Shown piece by piece: positions 18,327 to 28,236 of a stretch of DNA of 41,582 bases. The notes beneath the pieces are model-generated. The model did no database searches. It had not been told where the DNA came from and saw nothing but the letters and a program-made list of their open reading frames with translations. Positions within the stretch are counted from its first letter, which is position 1. The number at the start of each line of letters is the position of its first letter. The stretch is from NCBI GenBank assembly GCA_964580405.1, contig CAZOKM010000002.1:1-41582 (forward strand), read 5' to 3'. The DNA comes from an uncultured Candidatus Bathyarchaeia archaeon. GTDB taxonomy: Archaea > Thermoproteota > Bathyarchaeia > Bathyarchaeales > DTEX01. A program made the position numbers and the translations under genes.

Positions 18327-19316
18327 CTACATGACTGAAGGCAGACGCGGACCTGATTGTATTTTCCTTATCATTTTCATCGTTTTAGCAGCGTCTTCGA
18401 AGTTTGTTATGGGCTGATTGTCCTTTTTTATGCAGTCGATGAAGTTGCGGTTAATTTGAAAGGAACCGTCGAGGTGCGTTTGTGGCGCATTATTCCCAAT
18501 TATTTCCTCGTTTTTGACGGTTTTTACCTCCTGATAAGGCTGATTTTCCTTCAGGATCATGTAATAATCCATTCCGCTTATCCCCGGAATGTTGCCGTAT
18601 GCCGAGATACCTTTGGAGTGCATCTCGAAGTTCAAGACCCGTCCGCCCGAAGTTCTATTGCTGGTGAGGATGCCAACTCCCCCGCTCTCGAATTCTAGTG
18701 CTGCGGTGTAGAAGTTCAAATAATCCTTTATGTTATTGTATAGTTGTCCGCTTAGGCTTCGAACCTTCCTGACGTCTCCGCCGATCCAACGCAGCAAGTC
18801 CACCATATGGACAACGTCGTTGGTGAGGCTGTCATAATCGCCTTTCCACTCACCATGCTTGTGGAACGTTGCCATGCAATAGAGGATTTTTCCTCTCTCC
18901 TCCACGATTTTTTTGGCTTCAACGACGCAGGGATGGAAGCGTCTTTGGAAACCCACCGCAGTCTTGCAGTCGTTCTCTTTGGCAAGTTTAGCCCATTTCA
19001 ACGTTTCTTTAACATCGGTGCCCGGCGGCTTCTCGACAAACACGTTTTTGCTCCGCTTGAGAGAATAAGTTACTAATGGATCCAAAAACGTCGGTTGCAT
19101 GATAATATATACTGCGTCAAAATCCATCTTCTTAAGCATCAATTTGTAGTCCGCGTATCGCTCCCTGATTCCATACTTGTCCGCGGTGAACCTCAGCCTC
19201 TCCTCGTTCAAATCGCATATAGCTGATATTTCGACATCGCTCATTTCAGCGAGAGAAGCGTAATGCGTTTGCGCACGACCGCCTGCCCCAATCATCCCAA
19301 TTTTCATCTTGTCCAT
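18327..19316 (-). CDS. Gfo/Idh/MocA family NAD(P)-dependent oxidoreductase
   Basis: 329-aa ORF with the N-terminal Rossmann motif KIGMIGAGGRAQTHY, an EKPP motif (VFVEKPPG) and a C-terminal alpha/beta domain. Confidence 0.85.
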   Translation of the reverse strand: MDKMKIGMIGAGGRAQTHYASLAEMSDVEISAICDLNEERLRFTADKYGIRERYADYKLMLKKMDFDAVYIIMQPTFLDPLVTYSLKRSKNVFVEKPPGTDVKETLKWAKLAKENDCKTAVGFQRRFHPCVVEAKKIVEERGKILYCMATFHKHGEWKGDYDSLTNDVVHMVDLLRWIGGDVRKVRSLSGQLYNNIKDYLNFYTAALEFESGGVGILTSNRTSGGRVLNFEMHSKGISAYGNIPGISGMDYYMILKENQPYQEVKTVKNEEIIGNNAPQTHLDGSFQINRNFIDCIKKDNQPITNFEDAAKTMKMIRKIQSGPRLPSVM

Positions 19317-19516
19317 TTACATGCCATCTCACGAAGGAACATAGTTGAGTATTAGAAAACCATCCCCCTAAACAAGCTTGCTATTCGATGTGACCCAATC
19401 AAACTGGAAGTACAATTTCATTGAAGACCTTGTCGAGGAAATCCTTCCTAGATTCGGGCATAAATCATCAATTATCTCATTTTTATGCAGCACCAAAGTT
19501 TTAATTACTTACCTTA

Positions 19517-20827
19517 TTGACATTGTTGAACGGATGGAAAATGACGAAAAATCTCATTGAGGACGCTGATTCTTGGAGCTCATCGTCGCCAAATCCATCG
19601 CTTGCACCTAAATTCCGAGTTGAGAAGACCAAGTCTGGTGGAGATGTCCTCGTTATTGCTGGAGGTGGGAACCCGTACTGTTTCGGCAGATGGACGAGGC
19701 ACATTCCAGTAGAAGGCGGTAAAATCTACAGATATAGAGTGCGTTTTCAATATAGCGGGGTTGAAGACGTAAACCTCAACATTTTAAATATGCTAACCTG
19801 GAGGGTGGGAGATAAACCTGAGACTCAGTGCCCTCAAGAGTACATAGAACACCTCTACAAGGAAAAAGACTACGTGATTGGTGAACAGGTTTTCACAGCA
19901 AAAAAAGAAGCTGATGGGGTGGATTTGGGTCTTCTTTTACGCTTCGCTGCAGAAGGTGAGGTTAGGTGGAACCTGGTAGAATTCTTTGAAGACGAGCCTC
20001 CGAAACCAAGAAATGTCACTGTAGCAACCATGCGGGGAAGACCAAGTCAGCCCAGCACAAATAAAAATATTCTGGGGTATTGGGCTGAACTGATAAACCT
20101 TGCGGCATCGCATAAACCTGACTTGATTTGCCTTCCAGAAGCAATGAACACGAATCCGAACGCCCAAGCCTCACCCCGTGAAGTGGCTGAACCTATACCT
20201 AGTCCAACATATGAAATGCTGAGAGAAAAAGCCAAAAAATATGGAACATATGTCTGCGGATGCTTTATCGAGCGAGACGGAAAACTTGTCTTCGACACCG
20301 CAGTGCTCATAGACAGAAAGGGGAACCTGCTTGGAAAATACCGTAAGGTTCACCCCTACTGGCCGGAAGAGCTTCAAGGGTGCAGTCCGGGGGATGACCT
20401 TCCAGTCTTCAGGACAGATTTCGGTGTAGTGGGAATCATCATCTGTTACGACAGCTGGTATGCTGAGACAACTAGGCTACTCGCGCTCAAGGGCGCGGAA
20501 ATCATCCTTTTCCCCAACGCTGGATATGAAAGGAAATTGTTACCTGCCAGAGCCATCGACAATAACGTCTACTTCGTAGTGGCCTCCTTATTCAGCAACG
20601 CGGTAATCATGGACACGCTTGGAGAAGCCTTGGCTGAAACCAGTTCAGACGGCATTGTGTCAGCGAAAATTGACCTGAACAGTAAACCCACACCTCACCC
20701 TAATGCTGGGGGAACCTTGAACGCCAGCCCCGGGGGAAGGCGAGGAACGCGGAATTCTCTTTCCCTGAAGTTGTACCAGGAGATTCTGGAGGAAGTTGCC
20801 CGATGGGAAACAAAACGCGACAACTAA
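19517..20827 (+). CDS. Carbon-nitrogen hydrolase (nitrilase superfamily) with a ~170-aa N-terminal extension domain
   Basis: 436-aa ORF. Catalytic triad contexts are present: DLICLPEAM (Glu), KYRKVHPY (Lys) and VGIIICYDSWYAE (Cys). The N-terminal ~170 aa (GGNPYCFGRWTRHIPVEGGKIYRYRVRFQY) look like a separate beta-sandwich domain. An alternative ATG lies at 19541. Confidence 0.8.
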   Translation: MTLLNGWKMTKNLIEDADSWSSSSPNPSLAPKFRVEKTKSGGDVLVIAGGGNPYCFGRWTRHIPVEGGKIYRYRVRFQYSGVEDVNLNILNMLTWRVGDKPETQCPQEYIEHLYKEKDYVIGEQVFTAKKEADGVDLGLLLRFAAEGEVRWNLVEFFEDEPPKPRNVTVATMRGRPSQPSTNKNILGYWAELINLAASHKPDLICLPEAMNTNPNAQASPREVAEPIPSPTYEMLREKAKKYGTYVCGCFIERDGKLVFDTAVLIDRKGNLLGKYRKVHPYWPEELQGCSPGDDLPVFRTDFGVVGIIICYDSWYAETTRLLALKGAEIILFPNAGYERKLLPARAIDNNVYFVVASLFSNAVIMDTLGEALAETSSDGIVSAKIDLNSKPTPHPNAGGTLNASPGGRRGTRNSLSLKLYQEILEEVARWETKRDN

Positions 20828-20868
20828 CCAGCTAATAGACTCTTGTTAGCCAACTTTTTCGTAAATAA

Positions 20869-22263
20869 TTATAAAGTGAGTCCTTTAATCGAGAAACCCA
20901 GACCCACAGGCTCCAGAGAGTCTGTTCGGACGATTCCGTTTTTTACCTCGAAGAGGCTTCTATGCCTGTTCTGGACCTCCTGATAAGCGAAGGGCAAGTA
21001 TTGCCTGGCATTGTATTCGAACCCTTTCACTGGCTTTGTACGGCTGGCTAGACTCGCGGAATGCACTAACGCTAAGCCTGGGCATGTAAGGTCTTGTATC
21101 GAGTACGGAATTCGTTTATGCTCCATCTTCGCGATGTGTATGAGACTAGAGGAATGCCATTTACAGGCCTTTATGGCGACCCCTGACCATTCAAGGTTGA
21201 GTGCCAAGTTAAAAGTTTTAAAATCCGTTACACCCTCGTCGGCAAGCACAGGCTTAATTTTCGCCACCTCCTTCATGGAGAACTTGTGATTAACGAGTTC
21301 TCTTTCAGTAGGCTGCTCTAGATAGAGAAGATGATTGAACGCTGTCGGTGAGGTTTTTCTCAACTTCCTCAAGTATTCCAGGGTCGCGTCTGGGTTCAGG
21401 TTCATCTCATTAGCGTCCGACGTGAGGTAAAACTCTTCTTTTCCCCTTTTCTTGAGGGTTTCCTGAGCTATCTCGGCGACGCGCTTCGTTCTCTGGGCGT
21501 CCCAATTTATGTTGGTGCCGCTCAATTTTACTTTTAGGCAGAAGACGCCGTCGCGCTCAATCCATTCCTCCAAGCTAACGGGCAACCCGTCACTTGGGTC
21601 GCTTGCGTCAACCTCGTTCCTCGTCAACTTGTCTAAGGCGCCGACTAAATGGAAGATTGGAAGTTCCTTCACGTATCTCGGCCTAAGGTAGTCTGAGATG
21701 TATCTGCTCCGAAATTCTCCCCCCAAATAGAAGCTGAGGTCGTGCTCCATGAACTTCGGGCCGTAACCATCGTAGGAGCAGATTCCATTCACGCGCCCAA
21801 AAGCGTCGTGCAACGCGGCGTCTATGGGAGAAGTGGCTACTAGAATACCTAAAACAGGCATGTTGACCTTAAGGCCGACCTCTTTATCAACTTCCTCTGC
21901 AATCCTAAAAATCTCTTTCTTTGCTCCCAACATTATGTCAATTGGATGCGCATATTTTTTGGATGACCTTTTTTCTAGGAATCGGCAAGCTTTTTCGCCT
22001 ATCGCCATCATCGCCCTAAGCTTCTTTTCGTGAGGCACAGTGGAGTCTGGAAACGCCCATTGGTCCATGATGGGCATTGCTCCCATCCCGTCTGCCAAGA
22101 TGCCTTTCCTGTTTTCAACCGTTGCCTTGACGACCATGGAAGTGGACTCGTTAACGACAACTTTACCAAATTTCAGGGGAACGCGGAATTTATCGCTCTT
22201 AAAAAAGGGGTCAAGCTTCAGAATCCTGATGTCCGAGTCCAGAACCAATCGTTTCATCCTCAA
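20869..22263 (-). CDS. Enolase-superfamily protein, MLE (muconate-lactonizing/N-acylamino-acid racemase-like) subgroup, unusually long
   Basis: 464-aa ORF with the subgroup motifs in the expected order: KxK (FCLKVKLSG), DxN (LTSDANEM), LEQP, ADEG and a second Lys (AIKACKW). About 230 residues precede the KxK, which is longer than a typical capping domain. Confidence 0.7.
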   Translation of the reverse strand: MRMKRLVLDSDIRILKLDPFFKSDKFRVPLKFGKVVVNESTSMVVKATVENRKGILADGMGAMPIMDQWAFPDSTVPHEKKLRAMMAIGEKACRFLEKRSSKKYAHPIDIMLGAKKEIFRIAEEVDKEVGLKVNMPVLGILVATSPIDAALHDAFGRVNGICSYDGYGPKFMEHDLSFYLGGEFRSRYISDYLRPRYVKELPIFHLVGALDKLTRNEVDASDPSDGLPVSLEEWIERDGVFCLKVKLSGTNINWDAQRTKRVAEIAQETLKKRGKEEFYLTSDANEMNLNPDATLEYLRKLRKTSPTAFNHLLYLEQPTERELVNHKFSMKEVAKIKPVLADEGVTDFKTFNLALNLEWSGVAIKACKWHSSSLIHIAKMEHKRIPYSIQDLTCPGLALVHSASLASRTKPVKGFEYNARQYLPFAYQEVQNRHRSLFEVKNGIVRTDSLEPVGLGFSIKGLTL

Positions 22264-22292
22264 TACTTAGGGTATTGCGCTTTTTTGGGAGG

Positions 22293-23141
22293 CTAATGAA
22301 TGTCTTTGAGTATGGTTCTCAGGTATCCCAGGTCTTCTTTTGTCTGATTTATTAACTGCTGGAAGTCCAAGTCATCGTACTCGCTGTGAACCGAGACACA
22401 ATTATCGTAACCAATCTCTTTTAGTCGTTTGAAGAGTTCGGGCCAAGGCACAATTTCCTCCTTTAAAGGCAGCATCTGACTCTTCCATTTCTTCACATTG
22501 TCATGTTCACTGGTTACTTTGAGCCAACGGTAATTTTTCACTGCAACAAGCCGTATGTAGGGGGTCAGCAGGTCGATAGCCATCTCCCAACCCTGAGCTC
22601 CTGCCTCCGCAAACATGTGCCCTGGGTCAATGTACGCGCCTACAATGTCAGGGTCACGGTCCTTCAGAAAAGCATATAGCAGTGCCGGACTGGCGCTCAT
22701 GAATGCCCCAGCGTGGTTGTGAATGGTCGCGGTGACGCCGTAGTTCTCGCTAAGGTGGCAGATTGCGTCAATCTTCCTGTTTATTTCATCAATCTGGTCT
22801 TTTATTTTGCCGAAGCCGTCGTACCTCCAGTAGCCGAGCTTGATGTATTCAATGCCGCATTGTGCAGCAGCTTTAAAAATCTCTTCGGCATGTTCTGTCT
22901 TCGCGTCGGTTATATTCGTCGTGATCATGGGAACGCATAAACCCCTAGACCTGATGACTTCGACCACTCGGGGCAATTTCTTTGAGACTTCTTCGGGGAG
23001 AACGTATCCCTCTTCGCGGACTGTGAGGTCGGCGCCTTCGAATCCCATCTCAGCAATGAAATCCGCCGCCTTTTCAACGGGCAAGTTTCCCTTGTTCTTC
23101 AGCATCTTCGTGAACATCAGAATCCTCATAATCTTTCCCAA
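22293..23141 (-). CDS. Sugar phosphate isomerase/epimerase (xylose isomerase-like TIM barrel)
   Basis: 282-aa ORF with TTG at 23141; the ATG at 23129 (MRILMFTKML) is the more likely start. GFEGADL, IEYIKLG, ATIHNHAG, YIDPGH and SVHSEY are strand-end motifs of this family. Only 29 nt separate it from the enolase-superfamily gene downstream. Confidence 0.8.
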   Translation of the reverse strand: MGKIMRILMFTKMLKNKGNLPVEKAADFIAEMGFEGADLTVREEGYVLPEEVSKKLPRVVEVIRSRGLCVPMITTNITDAKTEHAEEIFKAAAQCGIEYIKLGYWRYDGFGKIKDQIDEINRKIDAICHLSENYGVTATIHNHAGAFMSASPALLYAFLKDRDPDIVGAYIDPGHMFAEAGAQGWEMAIDLLTPYIRLVAVKNYRWLKVTSEHDNVKKWKSQMLPLKEEIVPWPELFKRLKEIGYDNCVSVHSEYDDLDFQQLINQTKEDLGYLRTILKDIH

Positions 23142-23212
23142 CTATTCAAAAGGGTGGCGTGCATAAAGCCTTTTTTATCCCTTAAGTCTAGAGTCATATC
23201 GCAGAATCCATT

Positions 23213-24250
23213 ATGAGGAGACGTGGAATGCCTAAAAAGAGGGTATTATGCATCCCCACGATGGATCACCTGAAGTACGTGTTTGCTAAACCGACTTTCG
23301 ACGCGTTGACACAAAACTTTGACGTGGAGTTTAACAATTTATCAAGGGATTTCACGTCAGACGAAGTGGCAACCCGAATCAAGGGGTTCGACGCACTAAT
23401 CACTGGGTGGGGTTCCCCTGTTCTGACAGTAAAAGTCTTCAAAAATGCTGATAACCTGAGGATCATTGTTCACTCAGCTGGCTCAATAAAGTACATGCTT
23501 TCCAACGACGTCGTTCAAAGATTCGTGGTTCCAAAGAAGGTATGTGTTTGTAATGCTCCTACGGCTATTGCGTATAATGTTGCGGAAACAACCTTGGGCC
23601 TACTCATCATGATGAGTCACAGATTGATCGAGTATGCTGAAAATATCAGAGAGAAAGCGTTGTGGAGAGACCCAAGCATACCCAGGGAAATTAAAACGGT
23701 CAATGGCAGCACTATCGGAATTGTGGGAGCAAGCACCGTAGGGAAAGAAGTCATCCGCCTATTACGACCATTTGACGTAAGGATCTTGGTTTTCGACCCC
23801 TATCTCCCAGACTCAGAAGCAAAAAAGCTTCGCGTCAAAAAAACAAGCCTTGAAGACCTTTTCAGCCAGTCAGATTTTGTGACCATACATGCGCCACTGA
23901 CTGACGAAACCTTTCACATAATAAATGAGCAGCTCCTGAAACTCCTACGCGACGGAGCTGTTCTGGTGAATACTTCTCGCGGTAAAGTAGTGGACCAAGA
24001 AGCACTCTTGAAAGAAGCCGAGACGGGGAGAATTCTCGTAGCCCTTGATGTCACTGACCCTGAGCCTTTGCCGCCTGAGTCCCCGTTCAGAGGACTTAGG
24101 AACGTCGTTATCACCCCCCACATTGCGGGCATGGGCGAATACGGGATAAAGAAGGTAGGCGAAGTGACGCTTCAGGCATTGGTCGACTTTTTCACTGGCA
24201 GAAAAGTCGAAAATGAGGTTAACCTGGAAAAATATTGTATTTTAGGTTAG
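23213..24250 (+). CDS. D-isomer-specific 2-hydroxyacid dehydrogenase family protein
   Basis: 345-aa ORF with ATG at 23213 and 23228. NAD-binding GIVGASTVGKEV, LVNTSRG and the catalytic-His context ITPHIAG are present. Confidence 0.85.
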   Translation: MRRRGMPKKRVLCIPTMDHLKYVFAKPTFDALTQNFDVEFNNLSRDFTSDEVATRIKGFDALITGWGSPVLTVKVFKNADNLRIIVHSAGSIKYMLSNDVVQRFVVPKKVCVCNAPTAIAYNVAETTLGLLIMMSHRLIEYAENIREKALWRDPSIPREIKTVNGSTIGIVGASTVGKEVIRLLRPFDVRILVFDPYLPDSEAKKLRVKKTSLEDLFSQSDFVTIHAPLTDETFHIINEQLLKLLRDGAVLVNTSRGKVVDQEALLKEAETGRILVALDVTDPEPLPPESPFRGLRNVVITPHIAGMGEYGIKKVGEVTLQALVDFFTGRKVENEVNLEKYCILG

Positions 24251-24499
24251 AACCATCCCAAAAATCGCAGACATTGAGACTCACGGAGTTCAACAATCAG
24301 GGAACTATAACTTCGTATCTGATGTAAGAATTTGGTCCATCCGAAATGCAATCTTTTCAAGCGTACTTCTCGCCTGCACATCAAGTATTTTTATACAGTA
24401 GACCTGCTTTCTCTATTCATACAACCAATTATCAATCAATAGGGTTTAAAGGATCGTCCAGACTTCAATGTTCAACATACCGAGGAGAAACTTGAGAAT

Positions 24500-25390
24500 T
24501 TAATTCAAGTGTTTTTTCAGAAAAGCCAACACTCGACTAAAAGCTGCAACGACCTGTGGATCCCTGAAGTCTCCATCAAAGCCATGACCGCCATTTTTGA
24601 TTGTAATCAGTTCGTGCTCCACGCCGACCCGCGCAAGTTCGTTCGCCATCATCAGCGATTGGTCATACGGCACATCCGTGTCTCTGTCACCATGCAGAAG
24701 CAGCGTCGGCGGATAATCCTTCGTTACGTTCCGAACTGGGCAAAAATCATCGAAATAACTTAGTTCTGTCCTTGGATCATGCCCCGTCACCTCTTTGGGC
24801 CAAAGACCGTTCTGGCGGCAATAAAGGTAAAACCTGTTCCGATACGGTTGACTCGCGGCATCCGAGATTACTGGTCCTCCCACGAGTCCGTATGCCTCTT
24901 CTTTAGAAACAAGGGGCTGTCTGCGGTAAAAAGGGTCAGGCTTGCTGTACCAGTCTCCTACGATGTCCCCGTAGCCGTAGAACGAGACGAGCGCCTTTGG
25001 ACGCGGGTCGACGCAGAATCCAGTCATCAGTGCCAGATATCCGCCGGCGGAGTGACCGATTACGGTAATACGGTCTGGGTCGAGGCTAAATCGCTGGGGA
25101 CCTTCCTCGCGAACCCACCTGTATGCATCCTGAACGTCCTCAATGATCGCCTTCAGTTTGGCTTCCGGAGCCAAGCGGTAATCGATTGAAACCAGAACGT
25201 ATCCTGCCGCGACGTATAATTTGACCTTTTCGGGGTTGATGTTCCCCCTATGCCCCGTGATCAATGCGCCACCATGCACGTGCATTATTCCTGGTTGCGC
25301 AGGACTTGCTTTTTGACTAGGCATATAGGCGTCTGCTTTGATCTCGCATTCATCAACAATCTTGAAAGTGAAGCTTTTCTTCGCAATCAA
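24500..25390 (-). CDS. Alpha/beta hydrolase (HSL-type carboxylesterase/lipase family)
   Basis: 296-aa ORF with a TTG start. It has the oxyanion motif HVHGGAL, the nucleophile elbow GHSAGG, and an acid/His region HGDRDTDV ... GGHGF. Confidence 0.85.
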   Translation of the reverse strand: MIAKKSFTFKIVDECEIKADAYMPSQKASPAQPGIMHVHGGALITGHRGNINPEKVKLYVAAGYVLVSIDYRLAPEAKLKAIIEDVQDAYRWVREEGPQRFSLDPDRITVIGHSAGGYLALMTGFCVDPRPKALVSFYGYGDIVGDWYSKPDPFYRRQPLVSKEEAYGLVGGPVISDAASQPYRNRFYLYCRQNGLWPKEVTGHDPRTELSYFDDFCPVRNVTKDYPPTLLLHGDRDTDVPYDQSLMMANELARVGVEHELITIKNGGHGFDGDFRDPQVVAAFSRVLAFLKKHLN

Positions 25391-25505
25391 TATAGCATGC
25401 TTCCTAGCAGTTCATGTTCCGAAGTTGACTTCTTCCTAAGGTCCATATTTAAATAATACAGAGGGGTGGGACTTAAATCGTTCCAGATACGATTTCTACA
25501 ACGGA

Positions 25506-26096
25506 TTGGTGAAAGCGACGATGAGCACTGATGTGTGCTTCGAGGAGCTGCATCTGGGTCTCTGGCCCGACGTGGAACGCTTGTTCGGTCTGAAAGGCGC
25601 CTGCGCTGGGTGCTGGTGCATGTGGTGGCGTATTGAAAACAGTAAGAAATGGAACGAGACGAAGGGAACTCGGGCAAAGGAAGGCCTAAGAAACCTTGTA
25701 CAAAGCGGTAAAGCCCACGGCGTCTTAGCCTTCGTTGGGAACGAGGCGGTTGGGTGGTGCGCCTTCGGGCCCCGCTGGGACTTTCCGAGGCTGGAGACCG
25801 TTCGCGCCTACAGACGAGACGACGTCGATGACGTTTGGTCGGTTGTCTGCTTCTTCGTTCACAGGAGGTGGCGGGGAAGGGGGCTGTCGCGGGGTCTCCT
25901 CAACGCCGCCGTCGATGCCATGAGGAAAAGAGGCGTTAAGACCGTCGAAGCGTACCCCGCGACCACGACGAAAGATGGCCGCAGAGCAAACCCATCAATG
26001 ACGTACACTGGGCCACTAAAAATCTTTGAGGAACTTGGCTTCAGAACAGTTCAAGCCACTGACCCGCTGAAGCCGCTGGTAAGATTACAACTGTAG
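25506..26096 (+). CDS. GNAT family N-acetyltransferase
   Basis: 196-aa ORF with candidate starts at 25506 (TTG), 25509 (GTG) and 25521 (ATG). The acetyl-CoA-binding motif FFVHRRWRGRGLSRGLLNAAVDAMRKRG and the C-terminal FEELGF are present. Confidence 0.8.
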   Translation: MVKATMSTDVCFEELHLGLWPDVERLFGLKGACAGCWCMWWRIENSKKWNETKGTRAKEGLRNLVQSGKAHGVLAFVGNEAVGWCAFGPRWDFPRLETVRAYRRDDVDDVWSVVCFFVHRRWRGRGLSRGLLNAAVDAMRKRGVKTVEAYPATTTKDGRRANPSMTYTGPLKIFEELGFRTVQATDPLKPLVRLQL

Positions 26097-26312
26097 ACTG
26101 TTTAATGTATATCATCTACATTTAAAAAGTCCAGATGCTCCTCTCCTTGTGCTTGGTGCAGAGTGGGACTACCTTACAATTTAAGGCGACGTGTCCTGTA
26201 ATCATCCCTTCTAGGTTTTGTCTGCATCAGGTGTCAACCAAGAAGCATTTTTGGAAGACAGTATAATCGCCTAGACTTGAGTAGCACACAGCTTCTTTTA
26301 TGACATAACGAC

Positions 26313-28019
26313 TTGTTTATACCATTGGAAGTATGGAATGAGGAAATGAGAAAGAACGACGTCGTTTATATGTTCAAACTCTCGGATAATGGCACCCCAT
26401 TTTCATACGATGAAGCGATGGCAGTTGCCTGCCTGCAGGGCATCATCAACAGGGATGCCCCAAGAGTTTACATCACCTCCGAGAGGAACACTCGGCCGCA
26501 ATATTGGCTTGACCTGTTCTCTTCGAAGGGGGAATGGCTCAACAGAAAAAAGGTGAAGGCTCTATCGGACCTTGATGCTTTGGTGAAACTGGCTAGGCAG
26601 CGAGTAAAGGGCGCAATCATTTGGGACCCCGAGGTGCCAGCCAGCGTGAACGTGGCCACCATCATCGCGGGGGTCAAGGATGGCGTAGTTCTAAGTCCGG
26701 AGTTTGCGGAAGAACGCCTCGCAAGGTGGAATCTGAAAGTTTTACACGATTTGCGTGGTTCTTTTACTGGTTCGGAGTGCGGCAGCGCAAAGAACGATGC
26801 GTACCAGTGGGCGGTTCGCGAATATTTAGCAAAGGGGTTGTGCTCCTCCCATTTGATTTGCCTCTACGAGGACGCATTTCAAGTACGTAATTCCGGGAAC
26901 ATACGCTACGTCGTGACCCGTGACTGGGCGGTCAGGAACAGGGCTTTCGTTTTCGACCTTTCGCCGTGGGGAGACGAGAAGCCGGCGGACGATCTGAACC
27001 AGCCTTTGAGTGAGGATTTGCGAACTTATGGACTCATCTTGGAAGAGGTTCTGAGGCAGTCTAATGGAAGGCACATGACGGAGCTGGCGGGCTTTTTCTC
27101 CTTCTCAAAATACAGCAACGCGTTTGACCATAAAAGCATCCATGACCCGGTGCCGACCGAATGGGAGACCGTGTTTCTGATTTCGCCCTACAATTGTTAT
27201 CAAAACACGGTTGCCCACGACTGTTACAACCAGTCATTCCACAGCCATTTCCCTTTCACAATTCTCAAGCAGCATCGCCCCAAGCCGAAGCCTAGGCTGG
27301 AGAGGAAAATCTATTTGTGTTTTCACATGAGCGACTACGACTCCGCGACGCCTCTCTACGATTTTCTACCCAAATATTGGGGCGACGACGACAGAGGCAA
27401 GGTACCCTTGGCGTGGGGGATCAATCCAAACCTCATCGAGACCTACCCGGACATAATTTCTTATTTCTACAAGACCGCAGCAGGGAACGACTACTTCGTC
27501 AGCGACGCCAGTGCCGCAGGATACTTCAACCCCAACCGCGTCCAGAAGCGGTACATCCCGCTGCTCATCAGGCACAACAGACACTTCTTTAAGCAGACCG
27601 ACATGAGCATCGCGCCCATGGTTCTGGACTGGGACGAACCGACGGACGCGGTGAAGGACGCCTTCACTCACTTTTCCCCGGACGGGTTCGCCACGATAGT
27701 TCTGGATTTTCACGGAAATGGAGGCAAGGCGCCGAGACCCCACGTGTGGAGGGGGATGCCAGTCCTGGAAATGCTTAACACGGCGTGCCATGTCAGCGAC
27801 CCGAAGCTCATTTCGGAGCTGGTCCACAAATCCATAAAGGAGGACTCTCCAGATACACCCCGCTTCTACTATTTCCGAATCGTTTGGGTGGGACCGAAAA
27901 CCATCGTGGAAGCCGTTGAGTCGCTGCGTAAAGCTCATCCGGAATTGGATTTTAAAGTAGTTGACCTTTACACGTTTTTTGCGTTGTTTAAGAAGACATT
28001 TTCCTCTTCAGGAAATTGA
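26313..28019 (+). CDS. GxGYxYP-family-like putative glycoside hydrolase, no signal peptide
   Basis: 568-aa ORF with TTG at 26313 and ATG at 26346. The N-terminal ACLQGIINRDAPRVYI and an internal SDASAAGYFNPN (a degenerate GxGYxYP) resemble this family as I remember it. The assignment is tentative. Confidence 0.5.
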   Translation: MFIPLEVWNEEMRKNDVVYMFKLSDNGTPFSYDEAMAVACLQGIINRDAPRVYITSERNTRPQYWLDLFSSKGEWLNRKKVKALSDLDALVKLARQRVKGAIIWDPEVPASVNVATIIAGVKDGVVLSPEFAEERLARWNLKVLHDLRGSFTGSECGSAKNDAYQWAVREYLAKGLCSSHLICLYEDAFQVRNSGNIRYVVTRDWAVRNRAFVFDLSPWGDEKPADDLNQPLSEDLRTYGLILEEVLRQSNGRHMTELAGFFSFSKYSNAFDHKSIHDPVPTEWETVFLISPYNCYQNTVAHDCYNQSFHSHFPFTILKQHRPKPKPRLERKIYLCFHMSDYDSATPLYDFLPKYWGDDDRGKVPLAWGINPNLIETYPDIISYFYKTAAGNDYFVSDASAAGYFNPNRVQKRYIPLLIRHNRHFFKQTDMSIAPMVLDWDEPTDAVKDAFTHFSPDGFATIVLDFHGNGGKAPRPHVWRGMPVLEMLNTACHVSDPKLISELVHKSIKEDSPDTPRFYYFRIVWVGPKTIVEAVESLRKAHPELDFKVVDLYTFFALFKKTFSSSGN

Positions 28020-28227
28020 AAGACGGAAAAAGATAGAAAAACAGTAAAAAAAACTATAAGTTCGTTGTAGTACCATGACACACGCGCACACACACAAATT
28101 CCTAAACTTTTTTGTGGAAAGACACGCAAAACAGTTTAGGCATTGTAACTCACGCACAAAACGCCAATAAAAATATTCTGGTCTTCTATTGTCTAATAGA
28201 ACTAGATAAATGTCTGATGTAATCTTA

Positions 28228-28236
28228 TTTTATATA
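28228..28236 (+). promoter_or_regulatory. TATA-like box (TTTTATATA) bracketed by a 7-bp inverted repeat
   Basis: It lies about 20-25 nt upstream of the GTG at 28256 and the ATG at 28262, which would give a leaderless or near-leaderless mRNA. It is flanked by CTGATGT (28214-28220) and ACATCAG (28242-28248). Confidence 0.35.

Noticed and set aside
28076-28097. CA-rich tract as a microsatellite
   Set aside because: It is only ~20 nt long and interrupted (ACACACGCGCACACACACAAA), so it is too short and imperfect to call a tandem repeat. It is noted only as part of the structured upstream region.
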